Shown here: positions 26,197 through 39,524 of the stretch, in pieces
Layout of the letters: every line of letters starts with the position of its first letter
How positions within the stretch are numbered: position 1 is the stretch's first letter
Source: Octopus vulgaris
Lineage: Eukaryota
Direction: 5' to 3'
NCBI GenBank assembly: GCA_951406725.2
Contig: OX597815.1
Location: forward strand, 95,108,001-95,172,000
Length of the DNA: 64,000 nt
Position numbers and translations under genes: made by a program
The notes under the pieces: model-generated
What the model saw: only the letters and a program-made list of their open reading frames with translations
Told to the model about the DNA's origin: nothing
Databases searched by the model: none

Positions 26197-26786
26197 TATG
26201 CCCTGATGCAGTACCAGGCAGTGGCTAAGTGCCCTGATGCAGTACCAGGCAGTGGCTCTCATGGCTTCTGATCTTAACTGATTGGAAGTGTTATCATGTA
26301 CATTGTTTTGTCTTGGTATAAAAGATGGGCTACAGCAAATATTCCGCTCAATAACACATATTTGCTTGTCAGTTGTTTGACCGTAACCAGTTGAGCATGT
26401 CCCTTAGTGGCTGACGATATGTGCATCTCTGATCACGAGCAGAAGTAGTGGGGGAGCATCATAGCCATGTGTTGAGAGGGATTCTTTGGGGTTTGAATAA
26501 TTCGCCTCTGGAAACATGGGTAGTTCTTTCAACATCCTTAAACAACCCTTATTCAGGGACCTTTTGAGCGGGATGGGCTACTCAACCTGAAGAAATTTCT
26601 AACTGGGCCCCACCTGCAAGGTCATGTGCTGTTTATCTTGATATGAGATCACCATGTCGCGCACATATGGTTGTGATGCATGTGCCTGGTGTACCCTTAT
26701 CAGACGGGTTGTCATGATGGGTATATTGGGCTTCGTATATTTTATCCCAGTGTCACTTTGATGGCATGAACTGCTCTCTCACTCAA
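26197..26786 (+). mobile_element. Non-coding, (TAA)n-tailed non-autonomous retroposon
   Basis: The last ~190 bp are near-identical to the reverse complement of 34941-35127, and both copies end at (TAA)n; 27-nt 5' duplication. Confidence 0.7.
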
Positions 26787-26955
26787 TAATAATAATAATA
26801 ATAATAATAATACCTTTAACACCTTTAAAGGTAAAATATAAACTAAATTCAAATTCAATACCATTTGCTAAAAACAGAGCCATCGCGCCAAAACTACCAA
26901 TTACTCTCTATCGAAACACACACGGCTACTGTAATATAACAAGAAACTGGCTTAC

Positions 26956-27014
26956 CTTGCCTGGAATACAGAAGTAAGTAATGTGTATATTTCAGGATCA
27001 ATTAATTTCGCTTT
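26956..27014 (-). other. Candidate spliced exon (59 nt)
   Basis: Acceptor tttttcatacAG and donor AAG|GTAAGC; open frame KAKLIDPEIYTLLTSVFQA. Confidence 0.3.
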
Positions 27015-27154
27015 CTGTATGAAAAATCATCTTTAAGCTCATCAGCTGAAAGTAACACATAACACCTATTTCTGAAATATTCATCAAAATACGCCGTGTG
27101 CGTTGTTAACTTTTGAATGCCCCCGCGACATTCAAAACGAACTTATCGTGAGCC

Positions 27155-27381
27155 AGGAGTGGCTGTGTGGTAAGAAGCTATAGGCGCAGAAGTGGCCGTG
27201 TGGTAAGTAGGTTTCTTACCAACCATATGGTTCCGGGTTCATTCCCACTGCGTGGCATCTTGGGCAAGTATCTTCTACTATAGCCTCGGGCCGACCAAGG
27301 CGTTGTAGTGGATTTGATTGATAGACGGAAACATAAAGAAGCCCATCTTATATATGTATATATATAGAGAGAGATAGATAG

Positions 27382-27419
<38 letters not shown>

Positions 27420-27620
27420 TTGTGTGTCTGTGTCTGTCCCCCCAACATCACTTGATAACCGATGGTCGTGTGTTTACGTCCCCGTAAAATAGCAGTTCAG
27501 CAAAACAGACCGATAGAATAAGCACTTAGCTTCCAAAGAATAAGTCCTGGGGTCGATTTGCTCGAATAAAAGCAGTGCTCGAGCATGGCCGCAGTCAAAT
27601 GACTGAAACAAGTAAAAGAA
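27155..27620 (+). mobile_element. SINE family 2, full-length, with duplicated head and internal (TG)n
   Basis: GTGGCCGTGTGGTAAG box A, GGTTCATTCCC box B, CORE-like TTGGGCAAGT, tail GACTGAAACAAGTAAAAGA. Confidence 0.9.
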
Positions 27621-27836
27621 TAAATCAAATAATACACACATTTCTTAATTTTGTATTTCATGCAAGGTAAGCCTGTTTTTGTCATATTTACTGCATTGGC
27701 CGTGTGTATTTTGATAGTGAGTAATTAGTGGTTTTGAAGCGATGGCTCTGTCTATGCAAGTGGTATTCAAATACTCTATTGAATTTGAATTTAGTTTATA
27801 TATATATGTGTGTTGATCTATCTATATACATATATA

Positions 27837-27889
<53 letters not shown>

Positions 27890-29411
27890 ATAATTGTTCT
27901 AAATTAGCTGAAGGAAACTAATACGAAAATATAAAAAAAATTGAAATAGCACAGATATAAAGGCTTGAAGTCTGTCTTGTATTTAAATTGAGAAAAGTAA
28001 AAGCTCTGTCCCATATATGCGACTATGTGGGTGCGCACGTGTGCTTTGTTATATATGAGTCTCAATGCGCGCACACACACACACACACACACATACACAC
28101 ACACGCACGCACATATACACACATGTATATTACTAGCGGCCAAAAAAGTGTGCAACGACATTAGAGGAAGTAGCATTAGGACGCAGATTTTTTTTAGTTA
28201 TGTAGGCAATACGAACAGTTTTAAAGCTGAAAAAATATAATGTCATGAGCATATTTCTATATTTTTCTTTTGTATTAAGGCTCTAATTAATTAAAAGAAC
28301 CATCTCTCTTTCATGTTTAAAAAATTTCTTATAGATTTAATCACCGTTCATTTTCAGCAACGACGTAGCCGAAGAGCAGTATTAGTAGATAATTGTTTCT
28401 ATGCAGTCTTTACAAGAAATAGGATTCCAGAATTTCAATGGAGGTATTAACGTTGCAATGCTTGATATCAATGATCATGTGATTTCCGCAAAAGAGCATT
28501 ATTCAAATGAAATAATATCCCGGCATTTCTCAGAGTTCTTATACAATTTCAGCAAGATTGAACGCGTACTACGTAAGGCAACTCTATAACGCAGTTCTAC
28601 TATTACGAAAACTATGTAAAATGGTTCCAATCGAAATAGCTAAGTATAGTTGTGAGAATAAGTGTGTGTTTATGTGTGTATGTCTGTGATTATTAATATA
28701 GAATTGTCTTATTAAAAATACGCCGCGGCAGTTTAAAAACCTATGATATTTTATAACTAATAAGTTAATCACCAAGTTTTGCTAATTTCTCAAATTTGTT
28801 TCATTAGAAGTCAAAAGATTTATAATTATCCATTATCATAATATTTCTCATAGGAAGTCTTTGTCCTGATTATGCTTTTTGGGAGCATTAATATGTATGT
28901 TTGATGTTTAACAATAAGATACAATGGTGACAATATGCAAACTTCGCAAGAAAAAAACATGCACAAGTTTCCTTCAAATCACATCACACCACATAAAAAA
29001 TATTTGAACGTTTAATAACAGAGGGACGCATATTCTACACTTGAGTATGTTTGGTATAATTTATGTATTATATGTCCCCATCACAGTTAAGGTGTTGCTA
29101 ATTAAAACCAACACAAACAAGATTTCTTGCAAAAAATGAATTTGATTTGCCGAAGTGGTTTATTTTATATCAGTAATCACACTTTCTACTTCTAAATTAT
29201 TTCAATTACAGTTTACTATAACTAGGATATCTGCTTATTGTGACCTGTTACATTTGTTGTAAATACTATTTGATTTTATATAGACACACACACACGCTTA
29301 TACACAAACGCGCGTATGTTTATGTATATATATGTTTTTAATTATTTTCTTTATAAAACCAAAGCAACGCGAGTTACAAGATATAATACAAGTCAATAGT
29401 TTGTATTTTAC

Positions 29412-29552
29412 CTTGTATTTCAATATTTCATGTTTAGGACACGTTTTGCAGGAGAAGTGACTCCTTTGTTCTGTGGAGTGTGTGTGTGAAGGGTTGTTTT
29501 GCAATACTATAGTAGCCATGACCTTCGGGTAGTTCAGTTGTGTTGTTAATAT
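29412..29552 (-). other. Candidate spliced exon (141 nt; alternative AG would start it at 29562)
   Basis: Pyrimidine tract plus AG and donor AAG|GTAAAA; open frame ILTTQLNYPKVMATIVLQ..FSCKTCPKHEILKYK. Confidence 0.25.
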
Positions 29553-29854
29553 CTGGCTTGGTCTTGAAAATTGGCAAAGTAGAATAAAACAAGAGAATTA
29601 GTGCAATTTTACACCTAGCATAACTTCATAAATTGCATTATATGACATTTACACGTGTTTCATTAGCAGTATTTTAGCTATAATCGTTTCATGGACGATT
29701 ACATAACAGCATTGAAACGCTAGATCTTTCGGAGAGAACAATGTTTAAATCCATTATTATATATCAATATAATTAGTCGATACTGCTAAGTTAGAATTGT
29801 ATATAAACTTAAGAAAACAATCATTTTATAATAAGTAAGAAAAATTCTTATCGT

Positions 29855-30617
29855 TGTAGCGTGGCAGTTTCAGCCACTTTGTTATATGACTATAGCGATA
29901 TCTAATATCTTCACTGTGTGAACGGCAAGGCAGAAATAATCTCGTTTGAGCTTACAACCATCTTTGGCCAACTTGTTCTTTTTCTAAACACTAACTTGAT
30001 TGGTTGACGTGTGACACGAGGGTCCCTGCGTAGTCCGCGCCACTGGTTGACACGTGACGCGAATTGTCTCGACTCATTTTCGCGCCAATCGCGAATCAAC
30101 CAATCAAGACCTTCGGTTAAAATTCCATTTTCTGGAGTCCGGTGAGCCAACCAAATAGTATAAAAACCAGTTTTCACAGGCATTTTTGTCTTGAGTTCTA
30201 GTTCTTCTGAGAACTAACTTAGGCCACCTACTGCTCAACCTAGAGATATGCGGTTGTTTCTGCTTGCTGCTCAACTTAGAGATAGGCGATTGTTTCTGCT
30301 ACTGCTTGTGCTATACTGATACAAACAACATGGACTGTAAACCGAGTTCCGTGGTTAATCCTATGGTCAGTACCTTTTATGCCTCACGAACACACAGACA
30401 CAAAAACATGCTAACACTTACAAACTCCCAACATCAGCATGATGGTAAAATATGTAAATAAATAATATTTATCTACCAACAGAAGACTTGTGTCAATTCA
30501 CTTATATCCTATTGTCGTTGTATGTATTTTATGGCTTGTAATGATTTCGTTAAGAGTAGAGCCGCATGCGACCGTATTCCCGGCACGACACAACCGCATG
30601 TGATCTTACTTCTTACA
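29855..30617 (+). mobile_element. Solo LTR (763 bp) with 4-bp TSD TCGT
   Basis: TGTA...TACA termini; TCGT at 29851-29854 and 30618-30621; CCAAT boxes, TATAAAA 30159-30165, AATAAA 30457-30462. Confidence 0.8.
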
Positions 30618-30855
30618 TCGTATCAATTAAATAAAGAAAGAAGCGGAATATTGTAGTAAAGATACTTATGAAAAACAAAGTAAGGTGAACTATATAAGTT
30701 TAGTGTGATAAGGAGCTTTGTTCGCGCGAAAAGAAACTGTAAGCATAAAGAACAATAAAGAAATCTACTGCTATAAATATCGCTGTTTATTGAAATAGGA
30801 CGAAGTAAGCTTAAACCATTGTTATTTGAAAAGTTGCAATATTCTTATTGAAGAA

Positions 30856-31250
30856 GGCGGCGAGCTGGCAGAAACGTTAGCACACCGGGTGAAATGCGTA
30901 GCCGTATTTTGCCTGCCATTATGTTCTGAGTTCAAATTCTGCTGAGGTCGACTTTGCCTTTCATCCTTTCGGGGTCGATAAATTAAGTACCAGTTACGCA
31001 CTGGGGTTGATGTAATCGACTTAATCCGTTTGTCTGTCCTTGTTTGTCCTCTCTGTGTTTAGCCCCTTGTGGGTAGTAAAGAAATAGGTATTTTTTCTGT
31101 CTCTATGTTATGAGTTCAAATTCCGCTGAGGTCGACTTTGCCTGTCATCCTATCGAGGTCGATATATTAAGTACCAGTTGCGTACAGGGATCGCTCTAAT
31201 CGATTGGCCCCCTTCCCCAAGAATTTGGGCATTGTGCCTAGAGTTGAAAA
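30856..31250 (+). mobile_element. SINE family 1, well-preserved copy followed by a second truncated body
   Basis: GGCGGCGAGCTGGCAGAAACGTTAGC..GAGTTCAAATT..GAGGTCGACTTTGCCTTTCATCCTTTCGGGGTCGATAAATTAAGTACCAG; body repeated from about 31100. Confidence 0.9.
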
Positions 31251-32449
31251 GGATATTTTATAGATATGTATGCATGGGAAAAAGTACTTCAATATAGTTA
31301 TGTCTGTATTCTCTTAATGTAAGCAGGGGTTGATGCCATAAGTTTAAATATGTATATATCTAGTCTAGTTGAATTATACTGTGTCTTATTCCTAAATCTG
31401 TGTATGTAAGCTGTAAGGGAAGTAAAAAGAATTAGAATTAGATCTTATCTAATGCATGGTATTTGTTACAACAAAGGGCGCTCCATAGAAATTCTCTATA
31501 ATTTTTATATTTCTCCCCCAAACGTACTTACGAAGAATTAGCAAGCAAATACTGATTAAAATTATCGGTAAAGTAAATGAAAATTTCAGCTTTCATTGAC
31601 TGACGAATTACTCGTTTGGTTTAGAAGTCTAGACATGAAACAAAATTAAGGCTTCGATATCATCTGTTCATCGATCTCTGCATAAGTTACTGATTCTTTT
31701 GGACTTATTTATATAAGTTGAAATCTTTGTCTTCAAACTCGGTGGTGGTTTATAGCAGGACGGCGCAATATTCACTATAGTAACGTTAGCAGACCTGTCT
31801 CTAGCGAGTCTCCGTAATAGACTATCATTTTTAAGAATTATAATTCGTCTATGTTTTTCAGATGCCACCGTAAATTTGAATAATTTCTTTTCCACGAGCT
31901 TAATGAAAATCTTAACTACATACATAAACATTCTCATCATCCAAAATATATAACAGGTAATCTTGTAAAAATTACTTCCTTTAAAATATCTAAACTATCG
32001 TGTAACGAGGAAATAAGTAACAATAACTGAATATTACAATATTGAAAAGTAATTTTTAGGATAAGATCCAATTAGGAACAGCTAATAATAGAAACAAATC
32101 TCTACATATAGCGTACATTATACTCATATGAAATATTAATGCCGAATACAACTACGTCAATCCGCCTTCCAAATGTAAAAACGCCAAAATTAATCGAAAA
32201 AGTGATGGTATCAGTATAATCACGTCTAATTTAATTGAGCACATGGATACAGTAACTAGCAGGATATCTATTAAAGAAAATAAAAAAAAACCCAATAATA
32301 CCATAAACAAAACAGATAGTCGGAAACTTTTAATATAGCTAAAATCCAAGTTACAGAATATGAAGTGCAAAGCTATAGCAAAACATATACGAGGTAAAAT
32401 AACACCGTTGAATTAGATACCTATGACACAATGCTAATATTAGTTACAA

Positions 32450-32650
32450 TTTTGGGGACAAGGACGACAAGGGTTGGGTGGATGTCGACTACATGAATCC
32501 CAGTACTAATCTGATACTTATTTTATGGACTCTTAAAGAATGAATAGCAAAGTCGACAACGTCAGAATTTACTCAAATCTCAAAGTCGGGTGAAAAGCCG
32601 TTAAGCGTTTTTTTTTTCCGGCGTGCGTACGATTCTGCCAGCTCGTCACC
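32450..32650 (-). mobile_element. SINE family 1, degenerate
   Basis: Reverse-complement similarity to the 30856 copy. Confidence 0.7.
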
Positions 32651-34903
32651 TAACGTAATGCTAATATTAAAGATTCTAACTTAAAATTTCAGATGAGAAA
32701 TAACAGACTATTTTGTCATATTTAAAACTGAATACCTTCTAACACATATTCAAACAGACCCACAAAATAACTCTGATATACCTCTCATAAAAATAGGAAA
32801 AAGGAGAAAAAAGGTATGTAACTTATACAAGAATCCTTAAGAAAAATACTTATTGTATTTTTAACATATTAAGTAGGAACATATCTCCTATCCACAAATA
32901 TCACTGTATGTTAATGTGCTCAGTTAAATTCTGTTATTTTACAACACTTTTAAATTCTGTTATTTTTATATCATTCGTAAATTTTTCAATACTCTAACGC
33001 ATATAAAATAAATAGCTATAACAAGTATCGCACACACAAAATAAACTTTGTTGCTTATTCTAGCAATTGGATAGCCGTCAAGTAGGTGAGATTCAAACTA
33101 TTAAAGGCAATAATACAAAGTCGATACATACACACAGAACTCTTGTACTAACATCTTTCAGAACAAATTTATACCAATGAAAAAAAAAAACATAAATATA
33201 AATCAACGTTAGTGATCCACTTAATAGCAATTCCAAAGCTATCCTGAAACACCTGAGCTCAAACACTTTACAATCTGCTTGTATATATAATGATATTTAA
33301 AAAATCAACCTACAGATTTAGAATGAAGTTAAACAGGAAAATAACCTAAGTAGTATCAGGATCAGTTATTTAACATAGAATTTTAGACCCGTATGAACGC
33401 GAGTGATTTTCATAAAATAATACTTAAATTGTTATTGTAGATAACCTTCCTTTAAAACTGCTGAGCACACACTGTTATCGACTGGATAATTGGCATTACA
33501 ACAACAGATACCAGGTGTTGTACAGGATCCAATTAATATTCTTTTAACAGCCATTACAACTTACATGCACAGAGCTTTAGGAACATATCTCGTAATTGAA
33601 CTAGACTGTGTGCATACTCAAACTTAACTCTACGAAAACAAACATTGTTGCGGTATCTTTTCCTAAAGAAGTATCATATATCTCTTCTGGGAAATTTGTA
33701 TACACTATGTAACAATACCATATGTTTATTCTTCTTAGCTGTCAACATACTATCGTGTGAAGAGCTTTTCTATCCAAATCGAAATCTGATCTGGTTTCGA
33801 TTGTATGTTAAGTCTTTTAACACCAGACAGACAGTAAATGGGAGAGTGTGCACCCTTTTGAATATTTCTCGTCTGGGTTTAGCTTTATAAATCTCCTTTC
33901 TTAATAGTTACAGAATAATTTGCTATTTATGCATTTAGTTTTGTATGTCGCTACTATCTAATCCCGAGATAATATTTCTAGAATCTACGTGAGAGAACAG
34001 CTCTGGCAATAAAGCCATTCGTGTTGAGACATTTTTGTCGCCTTCAATTTTCGGTAGATATGAAAACGTTAATCGGAAATTCAAATATTTGCACTGTACC
34101 TTTAAAAAAATTTTGGATTCATTTCATCTTTGCTAAGTATTCATTATTGTTGATATTGTTGAGGGTAACACTTTACATGTTGTGAGCTTCTAGATGTTCA
34201 TATTAATTACTGAAATTTAAGATAATCTTCCCTGGTTGAATCATTTCATTGACTTACTAACTAGTAACCAAAAGTCATCAGTTTCTTGTAAAATATTTAA
34301 GCTGGAAATAGGGAAACTTATCACTTGTAATTTTGTATTATCTGTAATGTGTATTCTGCTTTTTATAGCAGCATCACTCGATTTTTCAGGCGTTGCACCT
34401 TCTGTTTTGGACATTCGCATCAATTCCGTGATACAATTCTTCTTTTTATGTTCTTGCTATTTACGCAGCCGTTATTTCCAGTTTATTTTCTTCTATTTCT
34501 TGATAAAATTGTTTTGTGTTGGAGTCGAACTGTTTGTTCTGTTCAAAGAATTGTTTTCACATTACATTGCGATAGTTTATTTGCGAATTAATGAGTCGCT
34601 TGCTTCATACAGTCTTTGATCCATAGAAACTTCTTTCTTTCTTTTTGTTTTGTTTTGGTTACGCTATATTTCCGTCGTATTTGTTTTGCTCTCTTGCTTT
34701 TAAATGTATCCATTTCGAAGTAATAATCTCATCACCAATGTTACCTTCTGTTTAAAATTTTCTTAGCATTACACGTGTTTTCGTTATTTGTATTTGTTTC
34801 TATTGAGTTTTTCTTGTTTTCTTGTCTCATATATAAGATTTGAGAGTGGTTTTCATCGATCACTTTCTGGAGATCCGCTGGATTTGAATCATGCCCATGT
34901 TGC

Positions 34904-34940
<37 letters not shown>

Positions 34941-34941
<1 letters not shown>

Positions 34942-35127
34942 GAGTGAGAGAGCAGTGTATGCCATCAAAGTGACACTGGGGTAAAATATACGACGCCCAG
35001 TATACCCATCATGACTACCCGTCTGATAAAGGTACACCAGGCACATGCATCATAACCGTGTGTGCGCGACATGGTGATCTCATATCAAGATAAACAGCGC
35101 ATGACCTTTCAGGTGGGGCCCAGTTAG
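34941..35127 (-). mobile_element. Truncated copy of the (TAA)n-tailed element at 26197-26786
   Basis: Reverse-complement near-identity; adjacent (TTA)n at 34905-34940. Confidence 0.8.
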
Positions 35128-36897
35128 TGGGTCAGTTATTCAACTGCGATGATGACATATAAGATATATAGGTTTTGTACTCATCTGCGAAATCAGGACT
35201 TCCAAAACGTGCACTTTCACACCAGTTGTCGAGGACTACGAAGTGTATGTACTTGTGCTCCACGAGAATCTGCAGCCGGGCTGCCACGGCTGTTTCCGGA
35301 GACCTCAAATATCGCGGTGTCCTTGAGATTCTACGTCACGGAAACAATTAGAAATTAAATCTGTATTAGCTTATGTTTTTGCATTTAGATTTGTGATAAT
35401 TATTGGTCTAATCAGTCAATATTATCATTAAGCATTTCTTTCATGTATGTGTATATTTTCACTATTTCCTAAATATTCGTGTTCCTATGTTTAAATTAAT
35501 TCTCGTATCTCATTGTCTTCGTCTAGCCTGATATTAGTGGTCAGAATTGTATTGCTCGCCACATGAATGCTTTGCTAGATTTTTCTAATTGACATTTCTT
35601 TCACTTTCTATGTTACAACCACGCTGTCTCGGCAGCAGCGTTTCTAGTCTTTTTATTACTTCAATTTATGATTTGTGGTCTATTTACAAAAGAATATTGA
35701 TTGTCTTTAACTATAAATTTGATAGTCGCATTTAGCACTGTTTATCATATCAGTTAAAAATATTACTCAGAAGAAAGGAGTAAAGATAAAGAAACACCTT
35801 AGACTACCCCTCTTCTAATTGTAATGCATTTCTAGTGCTACATCAGACAATATTCCGCCCACGAGGAATATTGCGAAAAGCATTCTGTTAGTTTATCTAT
35901 GAGCTACGTTTGAGGTAAGACACTCAAATACTTCGTATGCAAGCGTTGGTGATGGTTGTTGCCTTATGGAACTTACAGCATCAGTTCCGCCCTCTTGCAA
36001 ACAGGTTATTTTTCCCAAGTGCCCGCTCTGTGAGTTATGTTTGCATTTAAGGGTTTGTGTGTTGTAGGAAAGCATGTTATGTGTCTGCATTTCCTCCAAT
36101 CTTGGACTTTATTATGGTTCTGCATTGTGTGAGCTACGTAGTTGCGGTGCTCGGATTTTTGTAGTTGATACACTGTGGATTCAAAGTTCGCACTTCCCTA
36201 CTTTTGCGCTGTGTGTGGATGTTGGCAATCATATTGGCCTGATATGCATATGATTCGTACTAAGAGAGTTGGTTGAGACAGAGTATAATATCGGTGAACA
36301 AAGATCGTTTGGTATTAATATAGACTTGTTACCAGTTCAAATACTCTTGAGACATTCAAACATGAAAGAAAGCTATTCACTGCATTTTGCCATTTTGTCT
36401 AATATCTTAGTATAATACTTTTCCGTCACCACACACTTAAAAGTCTGTTAGAAGTCACTACTAAACCACAACTGTTATGCATTCACTTGATCACATCCAC
36501 TCTTTGAACCAAAGTATATGAAACGGTTGAATAAACTAACAATTCTAGTGTCTGAGGAAGCTGACGTATTGCAACTTTCACTGTATGAACCACTTTTCCT
36601 TTAACAAAAGCAATTCGCTGCCTATATAAGATTGCATGTATGCATACATGCATATATACACACACACACACACACATATATATATATGTATGTATGTATG
36701 TATGTATATATGTGTATGTATGTGGTGTCTGTGTGTGATAGTGTGTGTGTTAGTGTGTAAGTGTGTGTGTATCACAATATAACGTCATTCAGAATTCATT
36801 TATGTATAAGCGTAAAAATAAATTTGATTTAAAACAAAAATACCAGAACTCATGTCTGTTATATTTATTAATATCATAATTTGTATGATTGCTTCCC

Positions 36898-36940
<43 letters not shown>

Positions 36941-36989
36941 GTAATAATAATAATATTAATAATAATAATAATAACAACAACAACAACTT

Positions 36990-38545
36990 CCACACAAGTG
37001 GTAAACAGGATAATTGTCTACTGTATTGCCTTTCAGTATTTTCAGGCACAGCACTGTCCTACTCAATGTCAATCATTCTGGTCTTACTTGGTCGGCATTT
37101 AGCACGGTGTTGAGTTGCGCAGCTATTCGTGCATGACATTCACCAAATCTTTTGACTCAGTAGCCTTGAACTCCATCTGGTCCCAAGGCCTTCCAGTTGC
37201 TCATCGTTTTGCTGATTTCCTTCATTTCCCTAACTGAAATTACTAGTTCTGGCTATTTTGGACAGACTACTGTTTGTTTCAGTTCTTACAAACATTCAGC
37301 ATCCTTCTTGTGCTCATTGTCTTTGCTCCAGATGTCACTCGAAAAACCTTTGACTTTCAAAGCTATCTTTATCAACGTTTCATCTGTACACTCTCCATTT
37401 ATTTCTTTGTAGAATCTCTTATTATTTACTCTGAATAACCTATATTGGTGGTTACCTTTCATTCTTTGGTTGTATCTTACCATATTTACTTTCTTTGCAA
37501 CGAGGCGCTGTTTCAGTTCCTCCACTACTACTTTCAGGCCCTTTCTTTCAATATCATACCTCCTTTTCAGCGCCCAGTATTTTTGTTTGCTTTTCAGCTC
37601 CCCTTTCTCTTTTCGGTCTAACACAGAGATTTCCTTCGAGAGCATGTGTAACTCTGCCTGGATTCTTCTTTTCCACCATGGATAGTTTCTTTTGTCACTC
37701 CCATTGTTTCTTTTTCTTGACATCAACACCCACGTTTTCTGATACAACAATACTTCGTGACAATTTTCCTTTCTTGGTTCAATTTCCATCGATCAACCTT
37801 TTTAAGGTTGCAAATAATGTCGCTATCATTCTCCTCAGTCTTGCCTTTATTCTGTCGTAGATTGCCTTTTGTTCATCTGTCATGAGTTTTATTGTCTTCT
37901 TTTAGACCATCTATATATCTCTCATGAAGTAGACTCCACAGATCTTTTCATGTGCTATGAGATTACTCTTATTATTAAAAACTGTATTTTCATTGTTATC
38001 TCTGCTGTGAATTTCCGTGACCCGACTTTTGATAGCTTCGAGCTTTACTTCTGTGAACCAACAATTTTTTCTTACTACTCTAGCTTGATCGCATAATCTC
38101 TGTTCCGTGAGTTGAAACAGTCAGCTTTCTCTCCAATGATCATGCATACGTTGTCGGTAACCCCTCATTTGAGCACCATTTTCATCTACTGGGCTGTTCA
38201 GGTAGTAACACTCCATGACCACAGCATTAATTTGCTTGCTCCATCTACGCCGTGTGTGTTGGTCCCTTTCCGGTTATCGTCAGGCTGGAGCAGGACCAGA
38301 ATCTCTGAGCCTACGAGGTCACCGCCTGTCACCATCATTGGCTTCAGTTTCATTAATGCTGTGGCCAAGGCGGAAAACCTTTTGTAACAGTTCTACTGGG
38401 CGCTCTATTTCGATTTCCTTTATATTCTTCTTAATGACTTCTGATACTGAATTATTATCAGAATTATTATCATTCAGTATTCTAATATTTATTACGTGCT
38501 TCCCTTGCACTACCGAGTACAGCTTTGTGTGTCTTGAGTATGTGC
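36990..38545 (-). mobile_element. R4/Dong-type LINE, 5' half (N-terminal Myb-like region to start of RT)
   Basis: RRRWSKQINAVVMECYY..GYRQRMH..TEQRLCDQAR; PWWKRRI..VEELKQRL..RY.QR..LF..KRFYKEING; HARIAAQLN..RTVLCLK; (TAA)/(ATT) tracts on both flanks. Confidence 0.85.
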
Positions 38546-38546
38546 T

Positions 38547-38566
38547 TATTATTATTATTATTATTA

Positions 38567-38625
<59 letters not shown>

Positions 38626-38809
38626 GTACTACTACTACTACTACTACTACTACACCACTACTACTACCACCACCACCATACTACTACTACCACCACCACC
38701 ACCACCACTAAAACTACTACTACTACACCACCGCTACTACTACTACTACCACCACCACCACCACCACTACTTCCACCACCACCACCACCACCACTACCAC
38801 CACCACCAA

Positions 38810-38867
<58 letters not shown>

Positions 38868-38886
38868 GCTACTATTATTATTATTG
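38547..38886. repeat. Compound trinucleotide microsatellite (ATT)n(CTA)n(CCA)n
   Basis: Direct reading. Confidence 0.95.
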
Positions 38887-39013
38887 CTGTACTATAGACG
38901 TTTATAGACATTTCTTTATTTTCTTATTACGGGAAAAAGAGGAAAATAAACCAGAAGAATACAGGTCGTTTTGTTGGCGTAGAATTAATCTCCTTATTGT
39001 TCCATCGACTCAC

Positions 39014-39077
39014 AGCCTCACAAGTCGTATTGGCTTCATCATTTGGCATATGTAGGCTTCTTACAGCTGAGATACAC
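39014..39077 (-). other. Candidate spliced exon (64 nt)
   Basis: Acceptor ggttttctcAG and donor GTGAGT; single open frame CISAVRSLHMPNDEANTTCEA. Confidence 0.25.
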
Positions 39078-39388
39078 CTGAGAAAACCAGTGGTGAAAAG
39101 AATAAGAGAAATGCAATGAAAACTGTATATTATTTTGTTCATCCATGAAATGTTATTAATTTTTATGTTATTTTCTTACTGCAGGTTGTTGCGTTATTGG
39201 CACATTGATAATGCTATTACTTCTAACTTTTGCAGGAGAAAAAAATGAACAAACCTATACGTAGTTCACATTAGTAAATGGTAGAATGGAACGGTTAGGC
39301 TATACAAATATCGAGTGAAGTGGAATATAGATCTCTGTCACTCGCTCTGTCGGTGTGAATGAATAGTGAATGTATACATATACATATG

Positions 39389-39470
39389 CATACATGCAGG
39401 CATACATGCAGGCATACATGCAGGCATACATGCAGGCATACATGCAGGCATACATGCAGGCATACATGCA
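39389..39470. repeat. 12-bp minisatellite (CATACATGCAGG)n
   Basis: About six tandem units. Confidence 0.9.
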
Positions 39471-39489
39471 TACATACACACATACATAT

Positions 39490-39524
<35 letters not shown>

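Noticed and set aside
26197-26560. HDV-like ribozyme at the 5' end of the TAA-tailed element
   Set aside because: Could not assemble P2/P3/P1.1; the only P1 complement is about 350 nt away
27183-27260. tRNA-like sequences at SINE heads (also 30856, 47087)
   Set aside because: No complete cloverleaf; they continue into SINE bodies
31668-31940. 90-aa minus-strand ORF, with an ITIM-like VTYAEI in another frame
   Set aside because: No consistent splice context, stops nearby; more likely an old retroelement relic; unidentifiable by eye
33600-36600. Possible decayed Penelope RT/GIY-YIG remnants (similar hints at 15400-16200)
   Set aside because: Only faint motif echoes (YTNFP, PSPTLA); too weak to annotate without a translated search
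39185-39265. Plus-strand acceptor followed by a hydrophobic peptide CCVIGTLIMLLLLTFAG
   Set aside because: Isolated; no partner plus-strand exons found
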